The notes below the pieces were generated by a model that was not told the DNA's origin, ran no database searches, and was given only the letters and a program-made list of their open reading frames with translations. This document shows positions 20,943-30,076 of a stretch of 64,000 bases of DNA, in pieces. A program made the translations under genes and the position numbers. The stretch is taken from positions 73,328-137,327 of the forward strand of contig CAYRYE010000001.1 of NCBI GenBank assembly GCA_964428655.1. The letters are read 5' to 3'. Within the stretch, counting starts at the first letter, position 1. Each line of letters opens with the position of its first letter. The stretch is from an uncultured Gammaproteobacteria bacterium. Lineage in GTDB: Bacteria; Patescibacteriota; Microgenomatia; UBA12405; JAHJSD01.

Positions 20943-21065
20943 ATGAGAGAAAGATATATTTCATTACCAGAGCTAGTTACCGGTTCAAACAAAAATCCGG
21001 TTAGAGATACTCCAAGAAGGGAGGAGGTTTGGCATGGCTTTATTGGTTTTCGGTCAAGCAATTGA
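20943..21065 (+). CDS. 40-codon upstream ORF with single Trp; probable zero-frame part of next gene
   Basis: MRERYISLPELVTGSNKNPVRDTPRREEVWHGFIGFRSSN*; overlaps 21034 ORF in the +1 frame. Confidence 0.6.
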   Translation: MRERYISLPELVTGSNKNPVRDTPRREEVWHGFIGFRSSN

Positions 21066-22428
21066 AGCATCTAGAGTAACAGATAGTGATTTAATGAGAA
21101 CTATGCTTGCTCAGGTTGCTAAGCGGACAGATGAAAGAAGAATTCTGCAAGATTTTCTATTAACGGAGTCTACTAGAGGCACTAAGAGATTTTCTGAGAT
21201 TGAAACTGATTCTAGAGCTGTTGCTTTGCAAAGGGGAGACAATAGTTTTTCCTTTGATAAAGACCCTGTCTTTGATTTTTATATTGCCGAGATGAAACGG
21301 CAAAAAACAACAACTGGACTCTCTCTTTATCATGATTTGGTTTGTCAATTAATGCCGGCTGGGAACAAAAAACAGCGAAATCTTTTTCGCAAATTTTGTT
21401 TGGACAAAATTGAGCCTACTGATTTGCCAAGCACTTTTCCCAGCCAATTTAGAGCAGCTGAAATTTTAATTGCCGGTAAACTTCGAAGTGAAATTGGCAT
21501 TAGAGAGTACCGCGAACATGAATTGAGAAAAGAGGTTTTAAAGCAATTAAGGCAGGTTGCTCGAGATATGTTTTTTGCGATTAACAATGGTTTGCAAAGA
21601 GAACAAGCCCTTAACTTTATTTCTTTGATGTATGAATTAAGGAAAACACAAACAGCTTTACCAACAAATGAAGCAATGCTTAAAAAGAACATAATTAAGT
21701 GTTTACAACAGGATTCTCGATTGGATTTAATTCATATTAAATGTTTAAGGTATACTTATCCGCATGGTAGTCAAGTGGTTATTCTTGACCATTTTGAAGA
21801 TATTGAGGTGCCGGATAAGTTTGGCGGCAGTTATAAACCTCGAAGCGAAAAAAATATCTTTTCTCGTTTGCAAAAGCTTGTTTCTCTGTTCGAGAGATAT
21901 GGAGTATCAACAAACTTGTTAATATTAATAGCAGATCAGGATCTATATGATTATTTCCCTGATGGCGGCGGAGTTTTTTCAGGCAATGAAATAGAAGAGA
22001 TGTATAGAGCTATGGCCAGATACAGAAACGCGATTGTTGAAAAAGTAGGACCCAGTCATGTTGATTATTTACGTAGTTATCTGGAAAAAATTGATAGATT
22101 AGTACAATTTGATAAAACGAGATCAAAGGTAATTTTGGAGCTAGAATCTGGAGAAGGCAGGTTACCTGAAAGGTTTGTTGAAGAGAAAGTTGATTATCGC
22201 CATCGGTCCAACGCCGATATTTTAATAAAGAATTTAAAAAGGCGAGACATTAGAAAAAGGGTTTACGCTCAACTGGCGAGTATGCAGGCATTGAGGATAC
22301 TGGGGAATGAAAATGACCCTATCATAGTAATTGAGGATGATCGCGGAAATGATAACCAGTTTATTGGCGGCCATCGCAATTCCGCTTTGCCAGTTTATTT
22401 CACGAAATTACGAGACAAATTTGATTAG
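21034..22428 (+). CDS. Uncharacterised Trp-free protein
   Basis: 464-aa ORF with no W; alpha/beta C-terminal half (LLILIADQD). Confidence 0.85.
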   Translation: MALLVFGQAIEASRVTDSDLMRTMLAQVAKRTDERRILQDFLLTESTRGTKRFSEIETDSRAVALQRGDNSFSFDKDPVFDFYIAEMKRQKTTTGLSLYHDLVCQLMPAGNKKQRNLFRKFCLDKIEPTDLPSTFPSQFRAAEILIAGKLRSEIGIREYREHELRKEVLKQLRQVARDMFFAINNGLQREQALNFISLMYELRKTQTALPTNEAMLKKNIIKCLQQDSRLDLIHIKCLRYTYPHGSQVVILDHFEDIEVPDKFGGSYKPRSEKNIFSRLQKLVSLFERYGVSTNLLILIADQDLYDYFPDGGGVFSGNEIEEMYRAMARYRNAIVEKVGPSHVDYLRSYLEKIDRLVQFDKTRSKVILELESGEGRLPERFVEEKVDYRHRSNADILIKNLKRRDIRKRVYAQLASMQALRILGNENDPIIVIEDDRGNDNQFIGGHRNSALPVYFTKLRDKFD

Positions 22429-22495
22429 ATTTATATAAGTATTTAATTTTTAAACAGAGAAAAATGATGTTAAAATTTATTGCCGAGATGTAATT

Positions 22496-23518
22496 ATGAA
22501 TAAAGAAAGAATTTTTTCCGGAATTAAGCCGAGTGGTAGTTTGCAGGTTGATAGTAAAAACAAAACAATTGGCACTTTACATCTAGGTAATTACATCGGG
22601 GCAATTAAACAGTGGATAACTTTACAAAATGCTTATGATTGTGTTTATTGTGTTGTTGATCTTCATGCAATTACTGTTCCTCAGGATCCAAAAACCCTGA
22701 AAGAACGGATAAAACAAATTGCCGCTCTATTTATTGCTTCTGGAGTTGATCCCAAAAAGGCGGCCTTGTTAGTTCAGTCTCATAATCCTGATCACTGTGT
22801 TCTTGCTTGGATTTTAGATTGCGTTGCTTCGGTGGGTCAATTATCAAGGATGACCCAATACAAGTCAAAATCAAAAGAATTAAAGGGAAAAACTAGCGTT
22901 GGCCTTTTTAATTATCCAGTTTTGATGGCTGCAGACATTCTTTTATACCAAACTGACCTTGTTCCTGTTGGTGAAGACCAGGTCCAGCATGTTGAATTAA
23001 CCCGGGATCTAGCCCAAAAGTTTAATTCCCGGTTTGGCAAAGTCTTTAAATTGCCCAAAGTTAAAACTTTAAAAGTTGGGGCAAGGATTATGTCGTTGCA
23101 GAATCCAATGAGCAAAATGGATAAGTCTGACGAAGATCCTAATGGTACTGTTGATCTTTTAGATTCTGTCGATGAGATAAGAAGAAAGATTAAAATTGCT
23201 GTGACTGATTCGGGTAGAGAAGTACTTTTTCAAGAAGACAAGCTGGCGATTGCCAATTTGCTAACTATTTATTCTCACTGTTCTGGTTTATCAATTAAAG
23301 AAATTGAAAAAAAATATGCTAGCAAGGGATATAAAGAATTTAAAGAAGATTTGGCTGAAGTGGTAGTTGAAGCCTTAAGGCCGATTCAAAAAAAATATCA
23401 TCGGATTCGCAAGGATGAGAAGTATTTGAATCAAATTTTGGCAGAAGGGTTGCGAAAAGCAAAATCTATTTCTGAGAAAACTTTAAAGCAAGTTTATCAA
23501 GCAGTGGGATTGGGTTAA
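22496..23518 (+). CDS. trpS: Tryptophanyl-tRNA synthetase
   Basis: HLGNY, VDLHAIT, YPVLMAADIL, VPVGEDQ, KMDKS. Confidence 0.98.
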   Translation: MNKERIFSGIKPSGSLQVDSKNKTIGTLHLGNYIGAIKQWITLQNAYDCVYCVVDLHAITVPQDPKTLKERIKQIAALFIASGVDPKKAALLVQSHNPDHCVLAWILDCVASVGQLSRMTQYKSKSKELKGKTSVGLFNYPVLMAADILLYQTDLVPVGEDQVQHVELTRDLAQKFNSRFGKVFKLPKVKTLKVGARIMSLQNPMSKMDKSDEDPNGTVDLLDSVDEIRRKIKIAVTDSGREVLFQEDKLAIANLLTIYSHCSGLSIKEIEKKYASKGYKEFKEDLAEVVVEALRPIQKKYHRIRKDEKYLNQILAEGLRKAKSISEKTLKQVYQAVGLG

Positions 23519-23742
23519 TTTGACTTGTTGCCTTCGGACTGTAATTTTTGTTTTAATTCAGAAACTTTAATTTTGGTGGAAGTAATTAAACTTTCTAAAA
23601 CTCTCATTTGATTGTCAAAATGCTCATCATGCCACCAGCGGCCGGGGGATTGTTGACGGAGTTCATCATAACGTTTTTGATGTTTTTTTAGTTTTTTCCG
23701 CCAAAATTTAAGCTTTTCTTTTAACGAAATTGGGATTTTCAT
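23515..23742 (-). CDS. Small coiled-coil hypothetical protein
   Basis: 75-aa helical ORF with TAAAAT just upstream. Confidence 0.6.
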   Translation of the reverse strand: MKIPISLKEKLKFWRKKLKKHQKRYDELRQQSPGRWWHDEHFDNQMRVLESLITSTKIKVSELKQKLQSEGNKSN

Positions 23743-23780
23743 GAGAGAATTTTATCTAAAAGTTATGCTATTATCAAATT

Positions 23781-24497
23781 ATGATTTGGGTGAATTTTAA
23801 GATTTACAAACAGAGTTTTGGCAGCGGCGCTTTGGATTTGGCGAAAATTTGTCGTGAAGTTTCTGAAAAAACTAAAGTCAAAATAATTCCTGTTGTTTCT
23901 GCTTTAGATCTACGTGAGGTTAAAGAAAAAATTGGTGGTGAAGTTTGGCTTCAACACTTGGATTTGTTTTTTGAGGGCAAGCATACTGGTTGGGTTTCAC
24001 CACTGGCCGCGCTTTGCGCGGGCGCTGATGGGGCTCTTCTAAATCATTCTGAACATGAAATTCCTCCCGGTAAAATTCGCCAAATCTTGGCTTATTTGAA
24101 AAAAGATAAATGGCAGAAACACTGGCAGAAAGAATTAAAAAATGATAAATTGCAAATTTTAAATGATAAATTTAGGCTGATGCTTTGTTTTAAAACCAAA
24201 GGTCAAATTCAATGGTTAAAGAAATTAAAGCCAAAGCCGGATTTTGTTGCTTACGAGTCGCCGGAATTAATTGGCGGTGAGATTTCTGTGGCTGAAGCAA
24301 AACCTGAAGTGGTTCGCCGAGCAGTAGAGTTATTACCTAATTATCAAGTTATTGTTGGAGCCGGAGTTAAGGATGGCCATGATGTAAAAAAGTCTTTGGA
24401 GCTTGGGGCAAAAGGCATTCTGGTTAGTTCGGACATAGTTAAAGCTAAAGAGCCTAAAAAAGAATTGATAGAATTGGCAGAAGCATTTAAAAAATAA
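23781..24497 (+). CDS. tpiA: Triosephosphate isomerase (archaeal-type)
   Basis: VNFK, LLNHSE, AYE.PELIG, GAGV. Confidence 0.93.
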   Translation: MIWVNFKIYKQSFGSGALDLAKICREVSEKTKVKIIPVVSALDLREVKEKIGGEVWLQHLDLFFEGKHTGWVSPLAALCAGADGALLNHSEHEIPPGKIRQILAYLKKDKWQKHWQKELKNDKLQILNDKFRLMLCFKTKGQIQWLKKLKPKPDFVAYESPELIGGEISVAEAKPEVVRRAVELLPNYQVIVGAGVKDGHDVKKSLELGAKGILVSSDIVKAKEPKKELIELAEAFKK

Positions 24498-24507
24498 ACA
24501 ATTCTTA

Positions 24508-25599
24508 TTGACCTTTATCGTGAACGAAGCGAACACTTATCTATATTTATCTAATTCTAAGTTTGATTTTAAGAGCAAAATTGTCCTTCTCCGTATTGAC
24601 TGTGATGTTGATCTACGCAGTGAGGATGGTAAATTAATTGCTGATGAAGATTTTCGCTTAAAATCTGTTGTTCCGACAATTAACTTTTTGCAAGATAAAG
24701 GAGCAAAAAGAATTATTCTTTTAGGTCATCTTGGCCGCCCCGGAGGGAAGGTAGTTTCAGAACTTAGTTTACAACCCGTTGCCGATTGGTTTACTAAAAA
24801 CGTTTCTTTTTGCAAATTGATAGGGCTCTCTCGGAGTGGCCGAATGCCCGCCTGCCGGATGGGCAGGGACTCTCCAGGAGTGACCGAAGGGACAAGTGAG
24901 CTTTTCCTCCTTGAAAACCTCCGTTTTAATCCCGGTGAAAAACTCAACGATCAAAAATTTGCCAAAAACCTGACTCAACTCGGCGATGTTTATGTTAATG
25001 ACGCTTTCGGCGCTTCTCACAGAAATAATGTTTCCATAGTGAGCTTGCCGGATCTATTGCCTTCATTTCTTGGTTTGCGCTTTGAGGCGGAAATAAAAAC
25101 TCTTTCTTGGATTAAGAAGAAAGCCAAAAGGCCATTAGTTTTTATTTTGGGTGGAAGTAAAAAAGGAAAGCTTGATAATATTTCATTTTTGGCCAATTGG
25201 GCTGATTATTTATTGATTGGAGGAAAATTGCCTCTGTTGATTAAAAACAAAATGACCAGTTCTAAAGTTAAAATTGCTCAGTTAGAAAAAAGCGGGAAAG
25301 ATCTGGACGGGGAAAGTGTTAAGAAATTTAAAGAGATCATTAAGGGGGCGAAAAGCATTGTTTGGGTAGGACCTTTAGGTGTTTATGAAGAGGAAAAATA
25401 CAAAACTGGCACTTGGGAAGTTGTTAAGGCAATTGCCAATACTAAAGTTTTCAAAATTGCTGCTGGTGGTGATACTCACCGCGTTTTATCTTGGCTGAAT
25501 TCTTGGCAAAAATTTGATTTTGTCAGTGTTGGCGGCGGTGCCATGCTTCAATTTTTAAAAGATGAAACTCTACCCGGAATTGAAGCAGTAAAAAAGTGA
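24508..25599 (+). CDS. pgk: Phosphoglycerate kinase (shortened; start uncertain)
   Basis: HLGRP, LLENLRF, YVNDAFGASHR, GGDT, SVGGGAML. Confidence 0.93.
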   Translation: MTFIVNEANTYLYLSNSKFDFKSKIVLLRIDCDVDLRSEDGKLIADEDFRLKSVVPTINFLQDKGAKRIILLGHLGRPGGKVVSELSLQPVADWFTKNVSFCKLIGLSRSGRMPACRMGRDSPGVTEGTSELFLLENLRFNPGEKLNDQKFAKNLTQLGDVYVNDAFGASHRNNVSIVSLPDLLPSFLGLRFEAEIKTLSWIKKKAKRPLVFILGGSKKGKLDNISFLANWADYLLIGGKLPLLIKNKMTSSKVKIAQLEKSGKDLDGESVKKFKEIIKGAKSIVWVGPLGVYEEEKYKTGTWEVVKAIANTKVFKIAAGGDTHRVLSWLNSWQKFDFVSVGGGAMLQFLKDETLPGIEAVKK

Positions 25600-25617
25600 T
25601 TTGCTAAAATGGAAAAG

Positions 25618-27033
25618 ATGGCTAAAAAAACTAAAACTCGCTTATTGCCAAAAATACCAAGGATTTTAACCATGCTTGGTCCGGCTTTTGTTTGGGCGGC
25701 GATTGCCCAGGGCAGTGGCGAGCTAATCTGGTGGCCTTATTTTGCCGCCAAATACGGAACTGCCTTTTTAGGACTTTTACTGCCTGCCTCTTTAATTCAA
25801 TTTTTTGTTAATCGAGAAGTCAGTCGCTACACTGCCTTAACCGGACAGGGAATTTGGCATGGATTTTTGAGTTTGGGTAAATATTTTGCCTTGCCTTTAT
25901 TTTCCCTTTGTTTTCTGAGTTTTCTTTGGCTTGGTGGTTATGCCTCAGCTGGCGGTACTGCCTTATTTGAATTAACCCATTTTCCTTCAGGGGTTTCAGC
26001 GAGAATAGGTACTCTTTTTTGGGCTTATCTTTTAATTGCTGCCTTCTCTCTAGTTTTTATTTTTTCTAAAGTGGTTTACCAGACAATTGAAAAATTCATG
26101 AAATTAGTTTCAGTGGTAACCGTTTTGGGTCTTTTGTTTTCTGTCACTAATCCGGTAGTAGTTAAAGTAATTCCCGAATTTCTTGAGTCATTTTTAAATC
26201 CTTTAACCATTCGTTGGCCTGAGAATTGGGATTTTGCTGACAGTTCTCATTTAACTACAGCCATTGCTTTTGCAGGTATGGGTGGATTTTTAAACCTGCT
26301 TTACTCTTACTGGATGAAGGATAAGGGCGTTGGGATGGCAAAATATACGCCTAAAATTAGCGGTTTGTTGGTGAAGAGTAATTCTTCAGATGAAACTAGT
26401 AAAACCCTAAGATTTAGTGATTCTTCCATTAATGAAAAAAGATGGAAAAAATGGATGGGATATCTTAACTTTGATGCTTTTTTAGCGGTTTTGATTAATG
26501 CTTTTACAGCCGCAATGACTACTCTTTTAGCTTTAGCCATTCTGCGTCCTCAAGGCAAATATCCTACTGGTTGGAAAATTGCTGTGGTTCAGGCAGAGTT
26601 TTTTCGAACCAGTTTTGGCAAAATTGGAGTTCTGGTTTTTTTAGCTATTGCCGCTTTCTTTATGATTGATACTTGGTTGGGCTTGGTTGACGGAGTGGCT
26701 CGCCAATTTGCTGATTTCTTTTATCAAGTTAAGAAGAAAAAAACTTTTCGTTTTTGGTATTACCTTTGGCTTGGCTTTTTGGTTTTGGCCTCGTTGATTA
26801 CCATTGCTTTGGCTCAGCCGGGAATTTTGATTACTATTATTGGCGTTATTTCTATTTTTGCTTTTGTCTTTTATATTCCTGCCTTGTGGTACTTAAATCA
26901 TGTTAAACTCCCCAAAGAATATCCGGCCTTCACTAAACCCAAGAAATGGGAAACTTTCACGCTGGGTTTCACTTGGCTTTTTTATCTTGTAACAGCTGTA
27001 GGCTATCTTCTAGTATCTTCCAATATCTTCTAA
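25618..27033 (+). CDS. Nramp-like / APC-fold transporter
   Basis: LGPAFVWAAIAQGSGELIWWP, YSYW..DKG.GM, about 11 TM helices. Confidence 0.8.
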   Translation: MAKKTKTRLLPKIPRILTMLGPAFVWAAIAQGSGELIWWPYFAAKYGTAFLGLLLPASLIQFFVNREVSRYTALTGQGIWHGFLSLGKYFALPLFSLCFLSFLWLGGYASAGGTALFELTHFPSGVSARIGTLFWAYLLIAAFSLVFIFSKVVYQTIEKFMKLVSVVTVLGLLFSVTNPVVVKVIPEFLESFLNPLTIRWPENWDFADSSHLTTAIAFAGMGGFLNLLYSYWMKDKGVGMAKYTPKISGLLVKSNSSDETSKTLRFSDSSINEKRWKKWMGYLNFDAFLAVLINAFTAAMTTLLALAILRPQGKYPTGWKIAVVQAEFFRTSFGKIGVLVFLAIAAFFMIDTWLGLVDGVARQFADFFYQVKKKKTFRFWYYLWLGFLVLASLITIALAQPGILITIIGVISIFAFVFYIPALWYLNHVKLPKEYPAFTKPKKWETFTLGFTWLFYLVTAVGYLLVSSNIF

Positions 27034-27097
27034 TTTTGTTGTGCCAACCAGAGGCGTTCGCTACACGCCTGTGTTATAATTCTTACGTACTTTAAAA

Positions 27098-27172
27098 TCC
27101 CCGGTAGCTCAATGGTAGAGCGTCCGGCTGTTAACCGGCAGGTTGCTGGTTCGAGTCCAGCCCGGGGAGCCA
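27098..27172 (+). tRNA. tRNA-Asn(GTT), integration target
   Basis: CCGGC-TGTTAA-CCGG anticodon arm, GTTCGAGTC, encoded CCA. Confidence 0.97.
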
Positions 27173-28642
27173 ATCCCTACTTACTCTAACTTTTCTCGAG
27201 TTAAGTAGTTTTTGAAAGAGTGGCGTATAGGTAACTTTCGCCACTTTTTTGTTTTTAATATCAAACCTCTCAAAGAATATAGCTAAGTAGTGTCTTTTAG
27301 CTTCAAAGCCAGCATTACAGTAGACTTCGTAAATGTTGTTGGTGAGCTTTAAGACTTCCTCTATAACGTCTACGTCAAAGCCTCTTTGGTTTTCGATAGT
27401 GGCTATCTCATTCTCCAGGTTTTGAATTTGAAAGTTAAGGTCTTGGTGTTTACGTTTGAAGGACTCTTTATCAATAGTTTTATCTAAGAGATTATCCTCC
27501 AAGATATTACGTTTATCCTCAAACTTTTTAATAGCATTGCGTACACCTTGAATTTCACTGTCTCTTGATTGTCGAGACTGTTTAACCAAGCTCTTTGCTT
27601 TGTCTAATACTGCTTGGGTAAACTCTTCTGATAACTCTATCTTCTTAAACTCTTTAGCTACTGCGTCTTCAAGCTCATCTAGAGGTATATAGTGGCTACA
27701 GCCATTTCTAGCACTACCATGATAATAAGCTTTGTTTTTAGCGTGAACACCATCACCATATAGGCGGGCGTCACATTCTTGGCAGTAGGCGAAGCCATTT
27801 AAGAGCCATTTATACTTTCTTCTTCTACAAGCATTATGGTTATGACGAGCCATTATCTTTTGACAGGTTTCAAATATTTCTGGTGTCGTTAAGGGGTCGT
27901 GTTTGCCTTTGTAAAGTTGGTCTTTATACTTCATCCACTTAATGTAGAAGGGGTTTTTAAGCATTTCATAAACTATACTTCGGTACATTTTTTTACCAGT
28001 TTTGCTTCTTAAGCCTTTGTCATTAATATGGTCAACTAACTCATCAACAGAGTAGTTGCCTGTAGAGTAAAGGCGAAATAACTCACTAACGAGGGAACTT
28101 TTTTCTTTATCCATCTTTATGACACGTTGAGGTTTGTCTTCGGAGCCGAGATTGACGTTTTTATAGCCAAGTGGAGCCCAGCCAGGCCAATCACCATTTT
28201 GGAGCTTCTTTTCTAAGCTTTTTTTCACCTTTCTACCCAACAATCGACTATAAAAAGCATTGGTCCCAGCAAGGATTGTTTCAAAAAACATCCCCTCTGG
28301 AGAATCATTTATCATTGGTTGATTAACTGCAATATATTTGGTCCCTGCTTTTTTAAGAGAATCTATGATATTAAAATGGTCTAGCTCGTTTCTAGCAATT
28401 CTATCCGTGTCAATTGTTAGAGCAACATCTATTTTTTCTTCTTGGCAATTAATAATCATATCGTCTAAAGCTTCTCGCCCAACTGTTTTTGTGCCTGATT
28501 TTCCACCGTCTTCAAATATACCCACTACTTGATAGCCATTCTTTTTGGCCCACTCGGCACATCTTTCCTTCTGAACGTCAAGAGAAAATCCGCCCACTTG
28601 TCCTGGGTCTGATACTCTAGAATAAATAACTGCTTTCTTCAT
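27131..28642 (-). CDS. Large serine recombinase
   Basis: YSRVS catalytic motif, DRIAR, GWAPLGY, H.PL..PEIF, zinc-ribbon Cys, coiled coil; C-terminus read from antisense of tRNA-Asn. Confidence 0.96.
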   Translation of the reverse strand: MKKAVIYSRVSDPGQVGGFSLDVQKERCAEWAKKNGYQVVGIFEDGGKSGTKTVGREALDDMIINCQEEKIDVALTIDTDRIARNELDHFNIIDSLKKAGTKYIAVNQPMINDSPEGMFFETILAGTNAFYSRLLGRKVKKSLEKKLQNGDWPGWAPLGYKNVNLGSEDKPQRVIKMDKEKSSLVSELFRLYSTGNYSVDELVDHINDKGLRSKTGKKMYRSIVYEMLKNPFYIKWMKYKDQLYKGKHDPLTTPEIFETCQKIMARHNHNACRRRKYKWLLNGFAYCQECDARLYGDGVHAKNKAYYHGSARNGCSHYIPLDELEDAVAKEFKKIELSEEFTQAVLDKAKSLVKQSRQSRDSEIQGVRNAIKKFEDKRNILEDNLLDKTIDKESFKRKHQDLNFQIQNLENEIATIENQRGFDVDVIEEVLKLTNNIYEVYCNAGFEAKRHYLAIFFERFDIKNKKVAKVTYTPLFQKLLNSRKVRVSRDWLPGLDSNQQPAG

Positions 28643-28896
28643 ACTTTATGACTCCTTTCTTCAAATTCACGAACACCGTTTATGATGCTATTACACATTT
28701 TGCTTTCTGGGGTTGAGTCCTCTATGGTTTGGGAGTTTGCCTTAACAATCCTTCCCCTTGATTCAATAATCTGCTTAACATGTTTCCAGGCAGGATAGAC
28801 GCCATGAACAAAACGAAAGCCAACTTCAGACAGTCTAACCTCAGCTAGTTTTTGAGCCATTAATTCTAACCAGTTGTTTGATGTTTGTTTAGTCAT
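28639..28896 (-). CDS. Hypothetical protein upstream of integrase
   Basis: 85 aa; ATGA overlaps on both sides. Confidence 0.65.
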   Translation of the reverse strand: MTKQTSNNWLELMAQKLAEVRLSEVGFRFVHGVYPAWKHVKQIIESRGRIVKANSQTIEDSTPESKMCNSIINGVREFEERSHKV

Positions 28897-29720
28897 AGGT
28901 GTGCAAGTAGTCCTTCAATTTGTTTAATATCTTTTTGCTCTTTTTTCACCTGGTGTGTGTATTTATCTATATTAATGTTGGCTTTAATAGCCGTCTCAAT
29001 CTTGTTTACTAACACGTCTGGGGGGAGAGCATCTAATTCGGTGGCAATATCGCCATACTTTTTTACAATTTTTTTTGCTCTTTTATCTGTTGATTTAGTT
29101 GGGTCTGTTGGTAGTTTGTGATTGACAATATCATCGTAAGTTAAAGCAATAACTTCTATATCAGGGTGCAAGTTAAAATGTTTTTCAAACCTATCTTGAA
29201 TATCTCTGGGTATATCTACTCCAGTGGGGTCAAAGTCTCCGAGGTATAAAATCTTGGTATTATCGTCAATTCGACTTGAAGCTTCGTAGATAGCGGATAA
29301 ACTTGGATAACCTCTGCTGATTTGTAAGTAAACATCATATCTTGCAGTTATCGGTTCCAATACGCTGGCTAAAGCATCTTTTTCGCACCACACTTCTAGA
29401 TGGAAGCCTTGGTCAATCAAAAGCCTTCTTTTGTAGGCTTTTTTAACTGTTTTGAAAAAGTCTTTGGGATTGGTCCAAGAAGAGGGTTTAATAGGGTTTC
29501 TGGTTCTATCGACTATGCGGTCGTAGGAAATGAGTCCTGACTCTCTTGCCCTAGAAATTAGCCTACCTAAGTTTTTGTATGACCTGTTGGTATTGGGGAG
29601 TAGTTGTTTGACTACAAAGCGATAATATAACTGTCTAAGTGTTAGCGGCATTGAATATTCAGCAATTATCTTATTGGCTTCGCTGATTTTTTGCAGTGAA
29701 CTTGGTATAAAATTATGCAT
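28893..29720 (-). CDS. Winged-helix plus TOPRIM protein (Topo VI-A/Spo11-like)
   Basis: TLRQLYY, WCEKD, RGYPS, YLGDFDPTG, ELDAL. Confidence 0.8.
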   Translation of the reverse strand: MHNFIPSSLQKISEANKIIAEYSMPLTLRQLYYRFVVKQLLPNTNRSYKNLGRLISRARESGLISYDRIVDRTRNPIKPSSWTNPKDFFKTVKKAYKRRLLIDQGFHLEVWCEKDALASVLEPITARYDVYLQISRGYPSLSAIYEASSRIDDNTKILYLGDFDPTGVDIPRDIQDRFEKHFNLHPDIEVIALTYDDIVNHKLPTDPTKSTDKRAKKIVKKYGDIATELDALPPDVLVNKIETAIKANINIDKYTHQVKKEQKDIKQIEGLLAHL

Positions 29721-29827
29721 TTTAGATATACTCAGATATTACTAGATGTTACCATTATACACCAGGACGTACACTCAGTCAAGACTGGGTTGACTTAGAA
29801 CGCACCAGATACTATAATAACTAACTA

Positions 29828-30076
29828 ATGAGTGAAATAGCATATGTTCATACCATAGAAGACGTAGCGAAAATGTTTGGAGTTAATCCAGAAACAGTTA
29901 GGCGCTGGTGTCGTAGTGGGAAGCTTAAGTTTTTCAAGCTTCCAGGGAAAAAAGGTGAATATCGTATTTCTATGGAAGACATAAAAGATTTTATAGCAAG
30001 ACAGAACACTGAAGGTTTTAGTGATGATGGGGTGGCCCAGGGTTTAGGAACTCACATTTCAAAGAAGGATAGCTAA
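29828..30076 (+). CDS. Excisionase-like HTH_17 protein
   Basis: TIEDVAKMFGVNPETVRRWCRSGKL...YRI. Confidence 0.88.
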   Translation: MSEIAYVHTIEDVAKMFGVNPETVRRWCRSGKLKFFKLPGKKGEYRISMEDIKDFIARQNTEGFSDDGVAQGLGTHISKKDS

